Of a stretch of DNA of 64,000 nucleotides, positions 1-10,893 are shown piece after piece. The notes beneath the pieces are model-generated. The model saw only the letters and a list, made by a program, of their open reading frames with translations. It did not search any database and was not told where the DNA came from. The number at the start of each line of letters is the position of its first letter. The first letter of the stretch is position 1. The position numbers were made by a program, and so were the translations under genes. The stretch is from positions 148,805 through 212,804 of the IMG/VR virus record IMGVR_UViG_3300022752_000015. One strand, 5' to 3'.

Positions 1-295
1 ATTCAATTATGTAAAGATATTTGTAATCTCTACTCATTAACGTTTGATAATTTTTCAAACACCAATGTATTGCACTCCAAAGTCCTACGTTTAGTTTAGA
101 TTGATAAACATTATTAAAGTTGTCTGTCAGCAATTTTACGCTACCTGTATAAGAAGAAGCGTTGTCAAATACCAACATGTTATGTAACGTTTTTTTATCA
201 AATACATTACACAAATTATTAACAACTTGATTCAAAATTTCAAATCTTGTAATATCTTTCGTACAAGTAACCAAAAGAAATAAAGTATCTTTCAT
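1..295 (-). CDS. Partial glycosyltransferase-like protein (runs off window start)
   Basis: ATG at 295 overlaps the stop of the upstream ORF. Reads MKDTLFLLVTCTKD...VFDNASS, a GT2-like DN.S motif, within the GT cluster. Confidence 0.55.
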   Translation of the reverse strand, partial: MKDTLFLLVTCTKDITRFEILNQVVNNLCNVFDKKTLHNMLVFDNASSYTGSVKLLTDNFNNVYQSKLNVGLWSAIHWCLKNYQTLMSRDYKYLYIIE

Positions 296-1428
296 GTTAG
301 TTCTCCAATAAAATTTTCCCAATTTTCCCAATAAGAATTATTAAGAATCTCTTTTTGAAGTTCTAACATCCCATTTCTTAATTTTTTAACGTAAGAATCA
401 TCAAATAACAATTTTTCAATCGAGTTTGTTGCTTTAATTGCATCATCAACAAGAATACAATTAATGTTATCTATAAGATATTTTGAAGCATTTGAAGAAT
501 TAACGTATCTATTAGTCGTAATAATAGGAGTTCCAGAATTTAAGCAGTAATAAAAAACTCCTCCGCCCCAATCAGTCTGTTTAAAATGAACAGCCGCTTT
601 TAATCCAGAAGTAATCTTATAAGATTGCCTAGGCGTGATTGTAGGAAATTTACCAGTTACGCCATTTTCTTTTGAATATCTGATGTCAGCTCCTGCGCTA
701 CGGACGTTTCCGCCAAAGTTTATTACTTCTGGAAGATTGATTTCCTTAAGTAAGGAATTCATTTTTTTGAAAATCTTATAGTCGTCTGGTTGTCTTACTT
801 CAAAGTTGTGATTAAACGAAGCAAAAGAAACGTTTTCGTAACCTGAAATAGAGACATTCGTGATATCTAGTAATGACTTTTCGAATGGTAGGCAAAAGAC
901 ATTAACGTTGTTTACGTCTACATTTTTATTTTCATAGTTTGCAGGAATAAATTTGGCGGCATTTCTTGTTTTATAATTTCCAGGCGAACTATCCCAAGCA
1001 TTCATCGTTGAAGATACCCATTTTGCATTTGGGAAATATTCTGAAGCTATTTTGAAATATTGGTATAAAGAACTCTCGCCGCCTCGTAAAGTGTGGAATA
1101 CATCAATTGAACATTTTTGTTTTGTCAAATCTATGATTTGACAAGAGATGTCTTCTTCATAAAGATTATGAGATTTAAAATCTTTCAAAAAGTAATCTTC
1201 TCCAAAAAAAGAAAAATTTTCTTCAAATGGATAAATTTCTAAATTTCTTTTTGTTTTGTCTTCAAAAGATTTACAAAGCATAGCAGGCCAAGTTGCTATT
1301 CTTTGCCAGTTTAGACCAAGAGTTCCTTTTTTAGGAACAAAAACCTTATGTCCCAATTTTGAATAGTGGTAGATCATAGAAGCTAGTCCACTTCTATCAT
1401 CTGTAGGAAATATTAAGACGTTCATCAA
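292..1428 (-). CDS. Glycosyltransferase, GT-B/GT4-like
   Basis: C-terminal ..LNSGTPIITT..YLIDNINCILVD pattern typical of Glycos_transf_1; cluster context. Confidence 0.6.
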   Translation of the reverse strand: MMNVLIFPTDDRSGLASMIYHYSKLGHKVFVPKKGTLGLNWQRIATWPAMLCKSFEDKTKRNLEIYPFEENFSFFGEDYFLKDFKSHNLYEEDISCQIIDLTKQKCSIDVFHTLRGGESSLYQYFKIASEYFPNAKWVSSTMNAWDSSPGNYKTRNAAKFIPANYENKNVDVNNVNVFCLPFEKSLLDITNVSISGYENVSFASFNHNFEVRQPDDYKIFKKMNSLLKEINLPEVINFGGNVRSAGADIRYSKENGVTGKFPTITPRQSYKITSGLKAAVHFKQTDWGGGVFYYCLNSGTPIITTNRYVNSSNASKYLIDNINCILVDDAIKATNSIEKLLFDDSYVKKLRNGMLELQKEILNNSYWENWENFIGELT

Positions 1429-2339
1429 AATTCCTCTTCAGGTCCTTCTAAAAGAATTTTATTTTGTGGATATTTTACCTGGTCTTTATTAACCACTTTG
1501 TATTCCCACCCGTCTGATTTACAGACATCAGTAAACCCTAATGGAATCCTAGAATTTTGCTTTTGTTGATATTGTTCATCAGACAATCTTTCATAGTACA
1601 TACCAGAAGCAGATGGAGCATCTAAATAATAACCATATCTCTTATTGCCTCTAATGAAAGCGTATCCTCCTCTAGGATCATTCCATACTGGGGCGAACAG
1701 TGGAACCCAGCTAGAATAGTTCGTTTGATCTTTTAACTTCAATTTTACTTCATTGTCGTACCAGTCTTCTGATCTTCCCCAATAATCTTGAGTCTGAGGC
1801 CAATCGACTGGGTACTTTCCGATTAAGTCAAAGACTTCTTTTTTGAAAAATCCCATCGTAGGGAAATGATTATCTGTTGGTTTGTAATATTTGTAATTTT
1901 CAAGCTTAAAAACTTCACATCTATCAGCATCATACCTGTTTGATACAGTCGAGTTTCTAACAGCATTTACTTCTAATGCTTTCGCCTCATCAAAGTTGAC
2001 AAAATCTTGAACTGTTTTTTCAAAAACTTCATTATTAACAATCAATTGCAAATCATCTTGTAAGAATAAAATCACATCATTTTTTGCGGTCTCGATGATC
2101 ATGTTCTTAGCGACGTATTCATCATTTACCCAATTTCTTTCTTTGGGATCTCTCAAAAATAAATCGTCTATCAAATTAGATTTTTTAAGATTAAAAAGAT
2201 AATCTTGCAAACCTTTTTCAGTGCTACAATTATCAATAACAATAATTTGATTGTTGCTTTTTACATTTTCTAAAGACTTTAAAAGAGACTTAGCATACTT
2301 TAGTCTATTAAAAGTTGTAACTGCAATAGTAATTGACAT
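1425..2339 (-). CDS. Glycosyltransferase family 2
   Basis: ITIAVTTFNR, IIVIDNCST and LFLQDD (DxD-like) motifs. Confidence 0.85.
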   Translation of the reverse strand: MSITIAVTTFNRLKYAKSLLKSLENVKSNNQIIVIDNCSTEKGLQDYLFNLKKSNLIDDLFLRDPKERNWVNDEYVAKNMIIETAKNDVILFLQDDLQLIVNNEVFEKTVQDFVNFDEAKALEVNAVRNSTVSNRYDADRCEVFKLENYKYYKPTDNHFPTMGFFKKEVFDLIGKYPVDWPQTQDYWGRSEDWYDNEVKLKLKDQTNYSSWVPLFAPVWNDPRGGYAFIRGNKRYGYYLDAPSASGMYYERLSDEQYQQKQNSRIPLGFTDVCKSDGWEYKVVNKDQVKYPQNKILLEGPEEEF

Positions 2340-2360
2340 ATTTGCCTCCTTATCTACTCT

Positions 2361-3263
2361 TCAAATAATGGATATTAAATTTCTATATCCTTGATATCCT
2401 TGTGGTAATTTCCAGGATTCAACGTTGGGGATTGAAGGAATAGCTAAGCTAACATCGTCTTGAATAGAATGAAGAGGAAGAACTTGAGTAGCTATTCCTA
2501 TGTTTCTTGAAACTACTGGAACATTTAATAATCCACATTCTATCAAAGATTGAGGACCTCCTTCACACCTTGCTGTCACAGGATATAAATCAAGAGTTTG
2601 ATATAACTCGTTTATTACATCGTGAGGTGGTCGTTCGACATATGTGAATGGTATTCCAGATTTTTTTAGTCTAGAGATTATATACTGTCTTCTCCATCCA
2701 GCCAAAACAACATGCAAGTCAGGATTCTTTTTAACGACTTTTTCTAGATAATCGGCCAGCAAATCTGGACCTTTTTCTAATTTAGGACTTATCAAATCAG
2801 ATCCTTCTGTGTCTCTTTGAAAAGATCCTATCAAGTATGAATTCAACGGCAAATTATATTTTTTTCTTAAATCGTTTTTACTTCCAGTTGCTTTCCATAT
2901 CTTTTGATTTGCCCAATATGGTACCACGAATACTTCTTTTTTTGTTAATCTACTTATAAAGTCTTTAGTCTGTTCATTGTAAACGTGATACGCTGTCGTT
3001 AACTTATCTCTAAACATAAATTCTTGATAAGCTAAAGAATTAAATTTTTCAGGAACAATGTGGTGAACGGTGGTCAAAACTTTTTTCCCGTTTAACCAAC
3101 CTGATTGATACAGATTTTGCCAAGCCCAATCAGCTAATAACCAAACTACATTTGCGTCTTTTGGGTGATTAACACTTATGTCTGAATTATCTTCATTCCA
3201 TTCTTTGACAAATCTATCGACTATCCAATCCTCAGATGGAGGTAAGACAAACACCTTATTCAT
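2361..3263 (-). CDS. Glycosyltransferase family 4-like
   Basis: EKGPD and EGGPQSLIECG (E-x7-E) motifs. Start moved to the ATG at 3263 that overlaps the upstream stop (ATGA coupling). Confidence 0.8.
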   Translation of the reverse strand: MNKVFVLPPSEDWIVDRFVKEWNEDNSDISVNHPKDANVVWLLADWAWQNLYQSGWLNGKKVLTTVHHIVPEKFNSLAYQEFMFRDKLTTAYHVYNEQTKDFISRLTKKEVFVVPYWANQKIWKATGSKNDLRKKYNLPLNSYLIGSFQRDTEGSDLISPKLEKGPDLLADYLEKVVKKNPDLHVVLAGWRRQYIISRLKKSGIPFTYVERPPHDVINELYQTLDLYPVTARCEGGPQSLIECGLLNVPVVSRNIGIATQVLPLHSIQDDVSLAIPSIPNVESWKLPQGYQGYRNLISII

Positions 3264-4159
3264 TGAAAAATTATATTCCAAAAATGTTTCATTGAATCGG
3301 ACCATCTTAAAATATCATAAGAATTATTCTTCAAATCTCTGCTAAGCAACAACTTTTCAATTTCAAAAAAATTCTTATAGACATGATCTATGCCTGCGAA
3401 TTCTACAGATCCGCCACCTTCAACATGAACGTATGTTGGCAAACCTACAGCAATAGATTCTAAAACATGATTAGGTCCTGGGTCATGTCTTGATCCACTT
3501 ATATAAACATCATGTTTTGCTAACTCTTTTGCTAACTCTTCTCCGTGAATTGGAGGAATTATTTTTGTATTGTTAAAGGTACCTCTTTCTCTTCCGATGT
3601 AAGTAAATTCAATATTTCTTTCTTTCGTGGTCAAATAATCAATAAACTCGTATACGTCAAATCCCTTTAAAGAATTGTTAGACCAATGATGAGTTACTAC
3701 TTTGAGTTTATTATCTGAACGAGTATATGAGTTGTTCTTTCTATTTTCAATGAAAGTGTCATCTACTCCGTTGTGCACAACGTATTGTTTCTTACAATTC
3801 CACCCTTTTTTATTGAAGTAATCTTTCATCCAGTTACTAACAAAAATTGTTTTTGTATTTAAGATGCTACATTGTAAGAGCAAACTATCCATGTGTTCAG
3901 TACCTTTTCTAGCATCACATTCATTGATTCTTTGAACAACTGGAATTTTTTTAACAGAAGACACAAATTTGTAGACGTCATTTGCGTCAAACATTCCATT
4001 TTCTTTTCTAGGATCCATTAGAAATATGGAATCAACATCTTCTGACAGATTATTAGTAATGGTTATGCCAGAAGGAACAGTTGCATATACTGCTCTAACA
4101 AAATTGTTTCCGCCGCCCCAAGGTCCGTCTATTGGCTTTCTATTTATGGCTATTTTCAT
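3260..4159 (-). CDS. Glycosyltransferase family 4-like
   Basis: GGG N-terminal motif, VHNGVD, KG and DPGPNHVLESIAVGLP motifs. Confidence 0.85.
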   Translation of the reverse strand: MKIAINRKPIDGPWGGGNNFVRAVYATVPSGITITNNLSEDVDSIFLMDPRKENGMFDANDVYKFVSSVKKIPVVQRINECDARKGTEHMDSLLLQCSILNTKTIFVSNWMKDYFNKKGWNCKKQYVVHNGVDDTFIENRKNNSYTRSDNKLKVVTHHWSNNSLKGFDVYEFIDYLTTKERNIEFTYIGRERGTFNNTKIIPPIHGEELAKELAKHDVYISGSRHDPGPNHVLESIAVGLPTYVHVEGGGSVEFAGIDHVYKNFFEIEKLLLSRDLKNNSYDILRWSDSMKHFWNIIFQ

Positions 4160-5085
4160 AATAGTTCTTTAAAAAATGTTAGATAATCATTCATGACTCT
4201 ATTCATTGAGACGTCTGTGTCAGGCTTTTTGTCTTTTAGGTCTGGAAGTTTTTCTTTTATTTGGCTCACGTCTATTTTTGGAGGATTATCATAGTTGACT
4301 AGTTCGTAATCATATGGTTGATTCTCTTTTAAAATCACTCCAAAATTCTTAACTAGTTCTTTTGTGCCTCCTTGCTCCGAACAAATAACAGGAGTAAATT
4401 GAGATAAAGATTCTACCACCGTATTAGGACAATGATCTAACCAAGCAAGGTGAATCATCCAATTTGAAGCAGAGAATACTTCTAGACAAACTTCATGAGG
4501 TTGAGGTCCTGTGTAGAATATGTCTACATCAGGAATCATTTTTGGATTTGAACCCATCACTATGAGCGCGGCTGAACTATAAAAACTTTGTAAATGCTTG
4601 AATAACTCAACGTTAGATTCAAGCCTTTTTTGTGAGTGCCAATTTGCTGAACAGACAAAAAGCATTTCATACTTTTGTCTAATTTGTTCTAATGAAGAAA
4701 TTTTAAACTGTTTAACGGGTTCAGCATTTATGCCATTCAATATGATCTTTCCATTTTTTGGAATTCCCCACCATTTCGACGCCATATTCTTATCAAATTC
4801 AGATTGCCAGATCACGCCATCAGCTTTTTGATATAATGATTTTATATTGAAGTTTTTTACGTGAAATTCAGATGGAGAAAACCAAATTCCATCAAGTCTT
4901 TGAACGACTTTCTTTGCCAAGGGTCTACCGCTAGGTTCAATAAAAACCAAAGAAACATCTGAATTTCTTCCATCATAAATTTCTACCTCATGCCCAGATT
5001 CTATAAGACCTTTTGCAAATCTCTTTGCAAAAGAATTTGGACCTGAATTAGATCCCATATTCACATTGTCTAAATGTATTTTCAC
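4156..5085 (-). CDS. Glycosyltransferase family 4-like
   Basis: ILNGIN, KR and DHCPNTVVESL..TPVICS..GGTKE motifs. Confidence 0.85.
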   Translation of the reverse strand: MKIHLDNVNMGSNSGPNSFAKRFAKGLIESGHEVEIYDGRNSDVSLVFIEPSGRPLAKKVVQRLDGIWFSPSEFHVKNFNIKSLYQKADGVIWQSEFDKNMASKWWGIPKNGKIILNGINAEPVKQFKISSLEQIRQKYEMLFVCSANWHSQKRLESNVELFKHLQSFYSSAALIVMGSNPKMIPDVDIFYTGPQPHEVCLEVFSASNWMIHLAWLDHCPNTVVESLSQFTPVICSEQGGTKELVKNFGVILKENQPYDYELVNYDNPPKIDVSQIKEKLPDLKDKKPDTDVSMNRVMNDYLTFFKELL

Positions 5086-5444
5086 GATCTTCGTTTTACC
5101 TCTGAAATAAAAGGTGTGGCAAATTCAGTACCATTTAGCATAACGGCCATTAAAGCAATTTCTTTAGTTTCAATATTTTTTAAACTAGCTCTTTGCGTAA
5201 AGATGTTGGGATCTAATTCTTGGGTCTCGTTTATGTTTATAGAATCATAGTACATTTGAGCTAGAAAATTAACTGATTCATTTGATAGAGGGGTTGCAGC
5301 CGTTTTTATCACTTCAGACAATGTAAAAAATACATCGTTATAAATCTCTATGCAAGTTGCTTTATTTAAAATTTGATTCTTTCTTTTTGAAAGTCTTTCC
5401 ACTAACAGCTTAGTAATAGAATCATGAAAATTTTGCTTTTTCAT
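5082..5444 (-). CDS. Hypothetical protein in GT cluster
   Basis: 120-aa ORF with 4-bp overlaps at both ends. Confidence 0.6.
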   Translation of the reverse strand: MKKQNFHDSITKLLVERLSKRKNQILNKATCIEIYNDVFFTLSEVIKTAATPLSNESVNFLAQMYYDSININETQELDPNIFTQRASLKNIETKEIALMAVMLNGTEFATPFISEVKRRS

Positions 5445-6175
5445 TTTACAAACCCACGTTTTCTTAAAAATACAGCTTCATCTCTTTGAAATTTAGCGTC
5501 ATCTGTTTGATACGTCTCAGGAACATCTTTAATGGTATAATGATACATTATACGAGGCAAAAATAGCCTTTTTTTAGACTTATGAAGAACTGGTAAGTAA
5601 ATCGCTTGATCTCCTGCTCTTCTTATATAGTTGCCGTCCTCTCCTCTAAAGTTTTCATCTTTTACTTCATTTATTAAAATTTTTCTAAACGTTTTTAGAT
5701 GACTTGAAACCCAAGGATAAGCGTAAACATCTGCGTCGTTAGGCATAGTGTTGCTAATATTTTTATCAGAAAAACTCCATCGATGAGCTGTCCAAAGAGC
5801 TTCGCAACCTGTTTCAACATACGCATGGTTAATGATAGATAACGCATCAAGATCTGTCAACCAATCATCTGCATCTATTCTACAAACAATATCATTGTCA
5901 TCGCACTTAGATATTCCTGTTAATACATTAGCTACTTCCCATTTTTTTTCAACATTCCATACAAAATCAATTTTTTTCTTGTAAGCTTGATCTAACATGT
6001 TAGAAAAATCATTTTCTATTTTTTTACATTTTCTAACATGTTCGTCTGAAGATACGTCATCGATCAAAATTACTCGCCAATTTTCATATGATTGACCACA
6101 AATAGAATGAAGCATCCGAGGCAAGGTCTCGGATGCGTTATACATTGGAGCAACAAAAACGAATCTATTTTGCAT
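5441..6175 (-). CDS. Glycosyltransferase family 2
   Basis: PMYNA, QSYENW, LIDDVSSD and RIDADD motifs. Confidence 0.9.
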   Translation of the reverse strand: MQNRFVFVAPMYNASETLPRMLHSICGQSYENWRVILIDDVSSDEHVRKCKKIENDFSNMLDQAYKKKIDFVWNVEKKWEVANVLTGISKCDDNDIVCRIDADDWLTDLDALSIINHAYVETGCEALWTAHRWSFSDKNISNTMPNDADVYAYPWVSSHLKTFRKILINEVKDENFRGEDGNYIRRAGDQAIYLPVLHKSKKRLFLPRIMYHYTIKDVPETYQTDDAKFQRDEAVFLRKRGFVK

Positions 6176-6179
6176 TAGA

Positions 6180-8102
6180 TTATAACATAATTTTGGGCTG
6201 AGATTTGTTCACAACAATATGATAAGTTTTTGTCTTACCATCCCATTTTTTATGCCAAATCCAACCGCCTAAACTTTCCGAAAGTTCAGTAGCTTTAGAA
6301 GCTATCATTTCATCTGTTACTTGCGACCAAGGGACATCAAACATCATATTTGATTCTGCTGTGTCTTCATAAGATTTTCCTGACAAAGATTCCCAATGTT
6401 TGGTCCAATATTTTTTGTAAAGCTTAATCTTTCTATTCAAATCAAACCAACTATAATGAAACACACCAGGTAAATTATCAACGACTTTATTGAACCACTC
6501 TTGATAATTTTTTATTGCGTCAGGATCTCCTAAAACAGCTTTATTACGAACATCATCAACTTCAGAAGTGTAAAAAGTTACGTGAGGTATTCTTTCGTAA
6601 GATGATGAATCTATCATGTCACATCCATCTCCATAAGCCGCATAAAGATTTCCATTTTCATCAGTTCGACGAGCATCTAAAGGTATTCCGTGAGTGATAT
6701 TTTTCTTATTTTTACTTAATCTCCACTTCCAAGGAAGAACATCGGCTCTAACTTTCTCAGGGCCTCCCCAATATTCAACAACTGGCAATGATATAATATC
6801 TACGCTAGTTGGGAACTTAGCACATAAATTTAATATTTTTTCACAATCTTCTTCATGCACTATTTCGTCTGAATCCATTTGCCAACAAAAATCTCCTGTG
6901 CACATGGATCTTGCTTCGGCTTTTTGCATTCCGTCAAAAACAGCAAATCTAGGATGACTCCAATCTCTTATCACTTGTTTCAGTTTGATCTTTGTTTCAG
7001 TAGATGACAATTCTTGAAGCTTCTCCCAAGTGCCGTCTGTAGAACCTCCATCAACAATACAAACCTCCTCACAAAAAGGAAGCATAGACTTAACACACTG
7101 TATAAATGGATATTCTTGAGACAATGCATTATAAACCGTCACATATCCGCTGATATTAGGACGATATTCCATCATCTTTTTTATGTAATTCCAAAATAGA
7201 GTTGGCGCTCCAAATAAGTACTCTTCAATCTCTTCAACGTTATTTGTAGAGAACCAATCTTCATTTTTATGTTGTACGTTTTCATTCAAATGAAGTTTGC
7301 ATCCCAGAAGCTTCGCTTCTATGACCATTCTTGGGCAGGTATCAGCGCCTGCTGGAAGATATACAAAACCTTCTGCATTAGCTAACTTTTCCAACATGAC
7401 TTCGTAAGCTACATTCCAGACAACTTCATATTCTACTTTGTTGTCTAAGCACCACTTTTCTGCAGCTTGAGCTCCTTTTACCCATGATTCTGATCCTAAG
7501 ACTATCCACCTTTTTCGATCTGATGTTGATAAAGAAACAGCTTCTCTGAGCCACTTGATGGTACCTAGAGTTTTTTTCGAAAATACGCTTGATAAGACAA
7601 CATTATCTTTTTCAGATAAAAATGGGAACATTCTATGATAACGATCTTTTTGCGCCTCTGACATCCACCATAGAACTTTTGCTCCATAATAAAAAGCAGA
7701 AATTAATTTTCCATTGAATTGGTTGTGACAATCACATGGAGATCCGGTTTTCTCAGAATGTTTTTCAGGAGATCTGTACTTGCAATATTTGTAATCATAT
7801 TCTAAAATAGAATAATTCAAATTTCCAATTATGCTTGGAACTAGTTCCATGTTCATTTGAGCAAAATTGCCAAAGATCCAAAACTTATTGGTTCCTTGAG
7901 CTAACAAATGCATAGTCAGCTCTTTTGAACGAATTTTCATGTAAGGCAAAGGACATTCATCAATCAAAGCCTGCGTGGTTAGTTCTGCTCCGCCGACATA
8001 ATCTTCTGAAAAAAGATCAGCTACAAAAATAACCTTAACTTCATCAGGGATGATGAGAGGTCTAGAACTATTTTCGAATACGCTTTTATTGAATGTTTGC
8101 AA
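6180..8102 (-). CDS. Two-domain glycosyltransferase (GT4-like N-terminal plus GT2 C-terminal)
   Basis: GGAE and DTCPRMVIEA in the N half; IVDGGSTDGT and QMDSDE in the C half. Confidence 0.85.
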   Translation of the reverse strand: MQTFNKSVFENSSRPLIIPDEVKVIFVADLFSEDYVGGAELTTQALIDECPLPYMKIRSKELTMHLLAQGTNKFWIFGNFAQMNMELVPSIIGNLNYSILEYDYKYCKYRSPEKHSEKTGSPCDCHNQFNGKLISAFYYGAKVLWWMSEAQKDRYHRMFPFLSEKDNVVLSSVFSKKTLGTIKWLREAVSLSTSDRKRWIVLGSESWVKGAQAAEKWCLDNKVEYEVVWNVAYEVMLEKLANAEGFVYLPAGADTCPRMVIEAKLLGCKLHLNENVQHKNEDWFSTNNVEEIEEYLFGAPTLFWNYIKKMMEYRPNISGYVTVYNALSQEYPFIQCVKSMLPFCEEVCIVDGGSTDGTWEKLQELSSTETKIKLKQVIRDWSHPRFAVFDGMQKAEARSMCTGDFCWQMDSDEIVHEEDCEKILNLCAKFPTSVDIISLPVVEYWGGPEKVRADVLPWKWRLSKNKKNITHGIPLDARRTDENGNLYAAYGDGCDMIDSSSYERIPHVTFYTSEVDDVRNKAVLGDPDAIKNYQEWFNKVVDNLPGVFHYSWFDLNRKIKLYKKYWTKHWESLSGKSYEDTAESNMMFDVPWSQVTDEMIASKATELSESLGGWIWHKKWDGKTKTYHIVVNKSQPKIML

Positions 8103-8235
8103 GATTTACCTCTTTAAATTCTCTGAAGAATTATAATTAATTCTATAAGTAAATTGATCTAAATTTATAGATTTAGAACTAAGATTTAGTAAATTATAAA
8201 TCTTAATCTTAGAAAAAATAATAACGTTTAGGAGG

Positions 8236-8844
8236 ATGTATATGTCGAGAAAAAAATCTAACACTCAAGTAAGTTCTCCAAATTTTCCTGATAAACATCT
8301 TGACATCAAAGATTCTCCTGACAGCATTGAAACAAAAAAGACGTTGGATGCTATTGAAAGCAATAGACAGCAGATTTTAGAGATGCAAAAAAGAATCTTA
8401 TCGGCTCCTGCTATGAATGGTGGCTTCTCTAATTTAATGTACAAAATTGAAAAAATAGAGCAATCGCAAACGCAGTTGGTTGTGAAAGTCGATGAGATAA
8501 GAGAAGTCTTATATGATCCTGATAATGGTTTATACGCAAGAATAAAAAACGTTGAAAATAGTTCAGCTGAAATTGAAAGAGTTGAAGAGTTGGAAGAACA
8601 ACTACATTCCATACAAAGCTGGAAAATTCATGAAGAAAAATTAGCTCAAAAAGAAGAGCTCAATGATGAAAATCTTGCAAAGATTATAAATCAACATTCT
8701 GAGGTAATTAAAGAATTACAGTCTTGGTACCAAAAACAAGCAGCTTTTACTAGATGGCTTTCAATTGCAGTAGGTACAGCAATCTTAGGTGCTATTGGTA
8801 AGATAATACATGCTTACATCAATTCTCATGTTCAAATTATTTGA
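8236..8844 (+). CDS. Coiled-coil protein with C-terminal transmembrane helix
   Basis: AGGAGG SD-like sequence just upstream; heptad-rich body; hydrophobic WLSIAVGTAILGAIGKII near the C-terminus. Confidence 0.6.
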   Translation: MYMSRKKSNTQVSSPNFPDKHLDIKDSPDSIETKKTLDAIESNRQQILEMQKRILSAPAMNGGFSNLMYKIEKIEQSQTQLVVKVDEIREVLYDPDNGLYARIKNVENSSAEIERVEELEEQLHSIQSWKIHEEKLAQKEELNDENLAKIINQHSEVIKELQSWYQKQAAFTRWLSIAVGTAILGAIGKIIHAYINSHVQII

Positions 8845-8876
8845 ACATTAAACAAATAATTGGCTACATTGATTTT

Positions 8877-10070
8877 GTGGCAATTTTTCTAAAAAAAGAA
8901 ATACTTGAATCATTTAAAGAAGTCTGTAATGATTTAAGAAATTTTTCAAATACAGAAAAAGTATTATTCCTTGAAAAAGATCAAGTTTTGATTAAAACTT
9001 CATTTCAAGGAATTTTTAATTTAAAATATTCTAATCAGCTAAAATTAGCTATTCATAGGTTGATAGTAGAACACTGCATTTTATCAGAAAAAATATCTCC
9101 TGGAGGGTTTGACTTAACATTACATAAAATTGTAAGTTCTGATTTAAACAATCTAGATAAAGCTTCAAATAAAGCTACTTTGAATGATTTAAAAAATATA
9201 ATTGTTTCTCAAACTAAAGACGATGACTTTCTGAACAAAATGTTATTTGATGCCGTGCTTTTAGCTGGATTTGGCGGTAGAATATCTGTAGAAAAATCCA
9301 GTAATAATTTTGCTTCGATTGAAGTGATTGATGGTTTCACATTTAAAGTAAAAACTTTTGAAGAAAAACCTATCAAAATAGCAAATCCTAAAATCATTGT
9401 TATTGATGGATTTGTTGAATCTGTTTCTGAAATTAATTTATTGCTTGAAGGTGCAAGTGTAACAAAGCATCCTGTAGTCTTAATAACTAGAGGACTTCAT
9501 GAAGAAGTACTAAATACGATAAAAGTTAATAAAATTAGAGGAGTTATTGAAGTTTATCCTATCGTAGTAGAGTTTAATCTAGAAGGTATAAATAAGCTTA
9601 ACGACATCTCAATAGCTTGTTCTACATCTTTGTTTTCTAGCAATTTAGGCCAGCTAATTTCTAACATTTCTATAGATGATGCAAAAAAAATAGATGAAAT
9701 TTCTATTTATGTTAATTCAATTTGCATAAAGAATCAAGCATCAAAATCTGATGTTAATTCTCATATAAAATTCTTATTGTCTAAAAGAGAAGAATCAAAA
9801 AATGTAGAAGAAATTTACGAAGATAGAATAAGATCTTTATCTTCCAATAATGTACTCATTAGACTTCCAGATACTAACGATTTTGTTGTAAAAAGACAAT
9901 CAATTGACTATTGTCTTAGGTCGATAAAATCTATGATAGAATTTGGAGTATTAAATGATTCTAAACCTTATGGATCTTATGTCTCTTCTAATTTATATTC
10001 TAAATTGTTTTTTGAAAAATTAAGTTCATTAGGTGCAGTAATACATAACTCTGCCATTATGTCATACTAG
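8877..10070 (+). CDS. Divergent, shortened GroEL/Cpn60-like chaperonin
   Basis: G.GGRISVE...IEVIDGF, PKIIVID..VESVSEI..LLE and EDRIRSL resemble the GroEL intermediate and apical domains. Start set at the in-frame GTG 8877, 6 nt after a -10 box. Confidence 0.65.
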   Translation: MAIFLKKEILESFKEVCNDLRNFSNTEKVLFLEKDQVLIKTSFQGIFNLKYSNQLKLAIHRLIVEHCILSEKISPGGFDLTLHKIVSSDLNNLDKASNKATLNDLKNIIVSQTKDDDFLNKMLFDAVLLAGFGGRISVEKSSNNFASIEVIDGFTFKVKTFEEKPIKIANPKIIVIDGFVESVSEINLLLEGASVTKHPVVLITRGLHEEVLNTIKVNKIRGVIEVYPIVVEFNLEGINKLNDISIACSTSLFSSNLGQLISNISIDDAKKIDEISIYVNSICIKNQASKSDVNSHIKFLLSKREESKNVEEIYEDRIRSLSSNNVLIRLPDTNDFVVKRQSIDYCLRSIKSMIEFGVLNDSKPYGSYVSSNLYSKLFFEKLSSLGAVIHNSAIMSY

Positions 10071-10872
10071 CAAGTATTGCAGCTAGATCATCTTTATCAG
10101 AAAGTTCAAACCCAAATTTTTCTTTGAATTTTTCATTAAACTTTCTTATATCTTGTTCGTTTGCTCCCTTAAAGATATCTTTAATCTTTACATCAGGTGT
10201 GGCAGGTGTTGGTGGACCACCAGGGGGTGTTGGTGGAGCTGGCGGTTCACTTTCTTGTACTTTTCCTGCAAAAGCGTTTAATGACTTAACTGGCATGTTT
10301 ACAAACTCATCAACTAGACGAGTTATATCAAAAGGAATTTCTAGCTTTTCAGGATTAAGAACTTTAATTTCAGAATTAAAAGAAGAAGTTAAAGCAGATT
10401 TGAACTTTTTATATTCATTAGGAAAAAGTTCTGTCATCTTTTTGCTAACTCTGTTACCGGTTTTACTGTCTTCTAATTCTTTTTTTAGAATATCTTCATA
10501 ATCTCTTATAGATGCTCCTGCCTCTGAAATATCTTTTATTACATTATGAAATCCCACAAAAATTCTTTGTAGTTTTTTTATGCCTTCTATTGCTGCCGCT
10601 TCATCCTTAGGTTTTAAAGAACCTGATTGAATTTTTTCTAGATACTCAAATTGTTTGTCTCGAGCTTTTTCTAAAAAACCTTTGATGGCAGTAGAACTTA
10701 TACCTTCGCTGGTTAAAGCATCCAGATATATTTTTGATTGTTTATTAACAGCTCCAGCGAATTTTATAAATTGTTTTTTTTCTTTTTCAGATATCTCTTT
10801 TAGAACCTTAGATTCTAATAAAGCGATTTTTAACGCTACGATATCTTCATTAACTTTGTTTACTTCACTCAT
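10057..10872 (-). CDS. Hypothetical protein with Pro-rich linker, possibly virion-internal
   Basis: 271-aa ORF with L-x-E sites near the N-terminus and a PPAPPTPPGGPP linker. Confidence 0.6.
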   Translation of the reverse strand: MSEVNKVNEDIVALKIALLESKVLKEISEKEKKQFIKFAGAVNKQSKIYLDALTSEGISSTAIKGFLEKARDKQFEYLEKIQSGSLKPKDEAAAIEGIKKLQRIFVGFHNVIKDISEAGASIRDYEDILKKELEDSKTGNRVSKKMTELFPNEYKKFKSALTSSFNSEIKVLNPEKLEIPFDITRLVDEFVNMPVKSLNAFAGKVQESEPPAPPTPPGGPPTPATPDVKIKDIFKGANEQDIRKFNEKFKEKFGFELSDKDDLAAILASMT

Positions 10873-10893
10873 GTAATAAATTATATCTTACTT

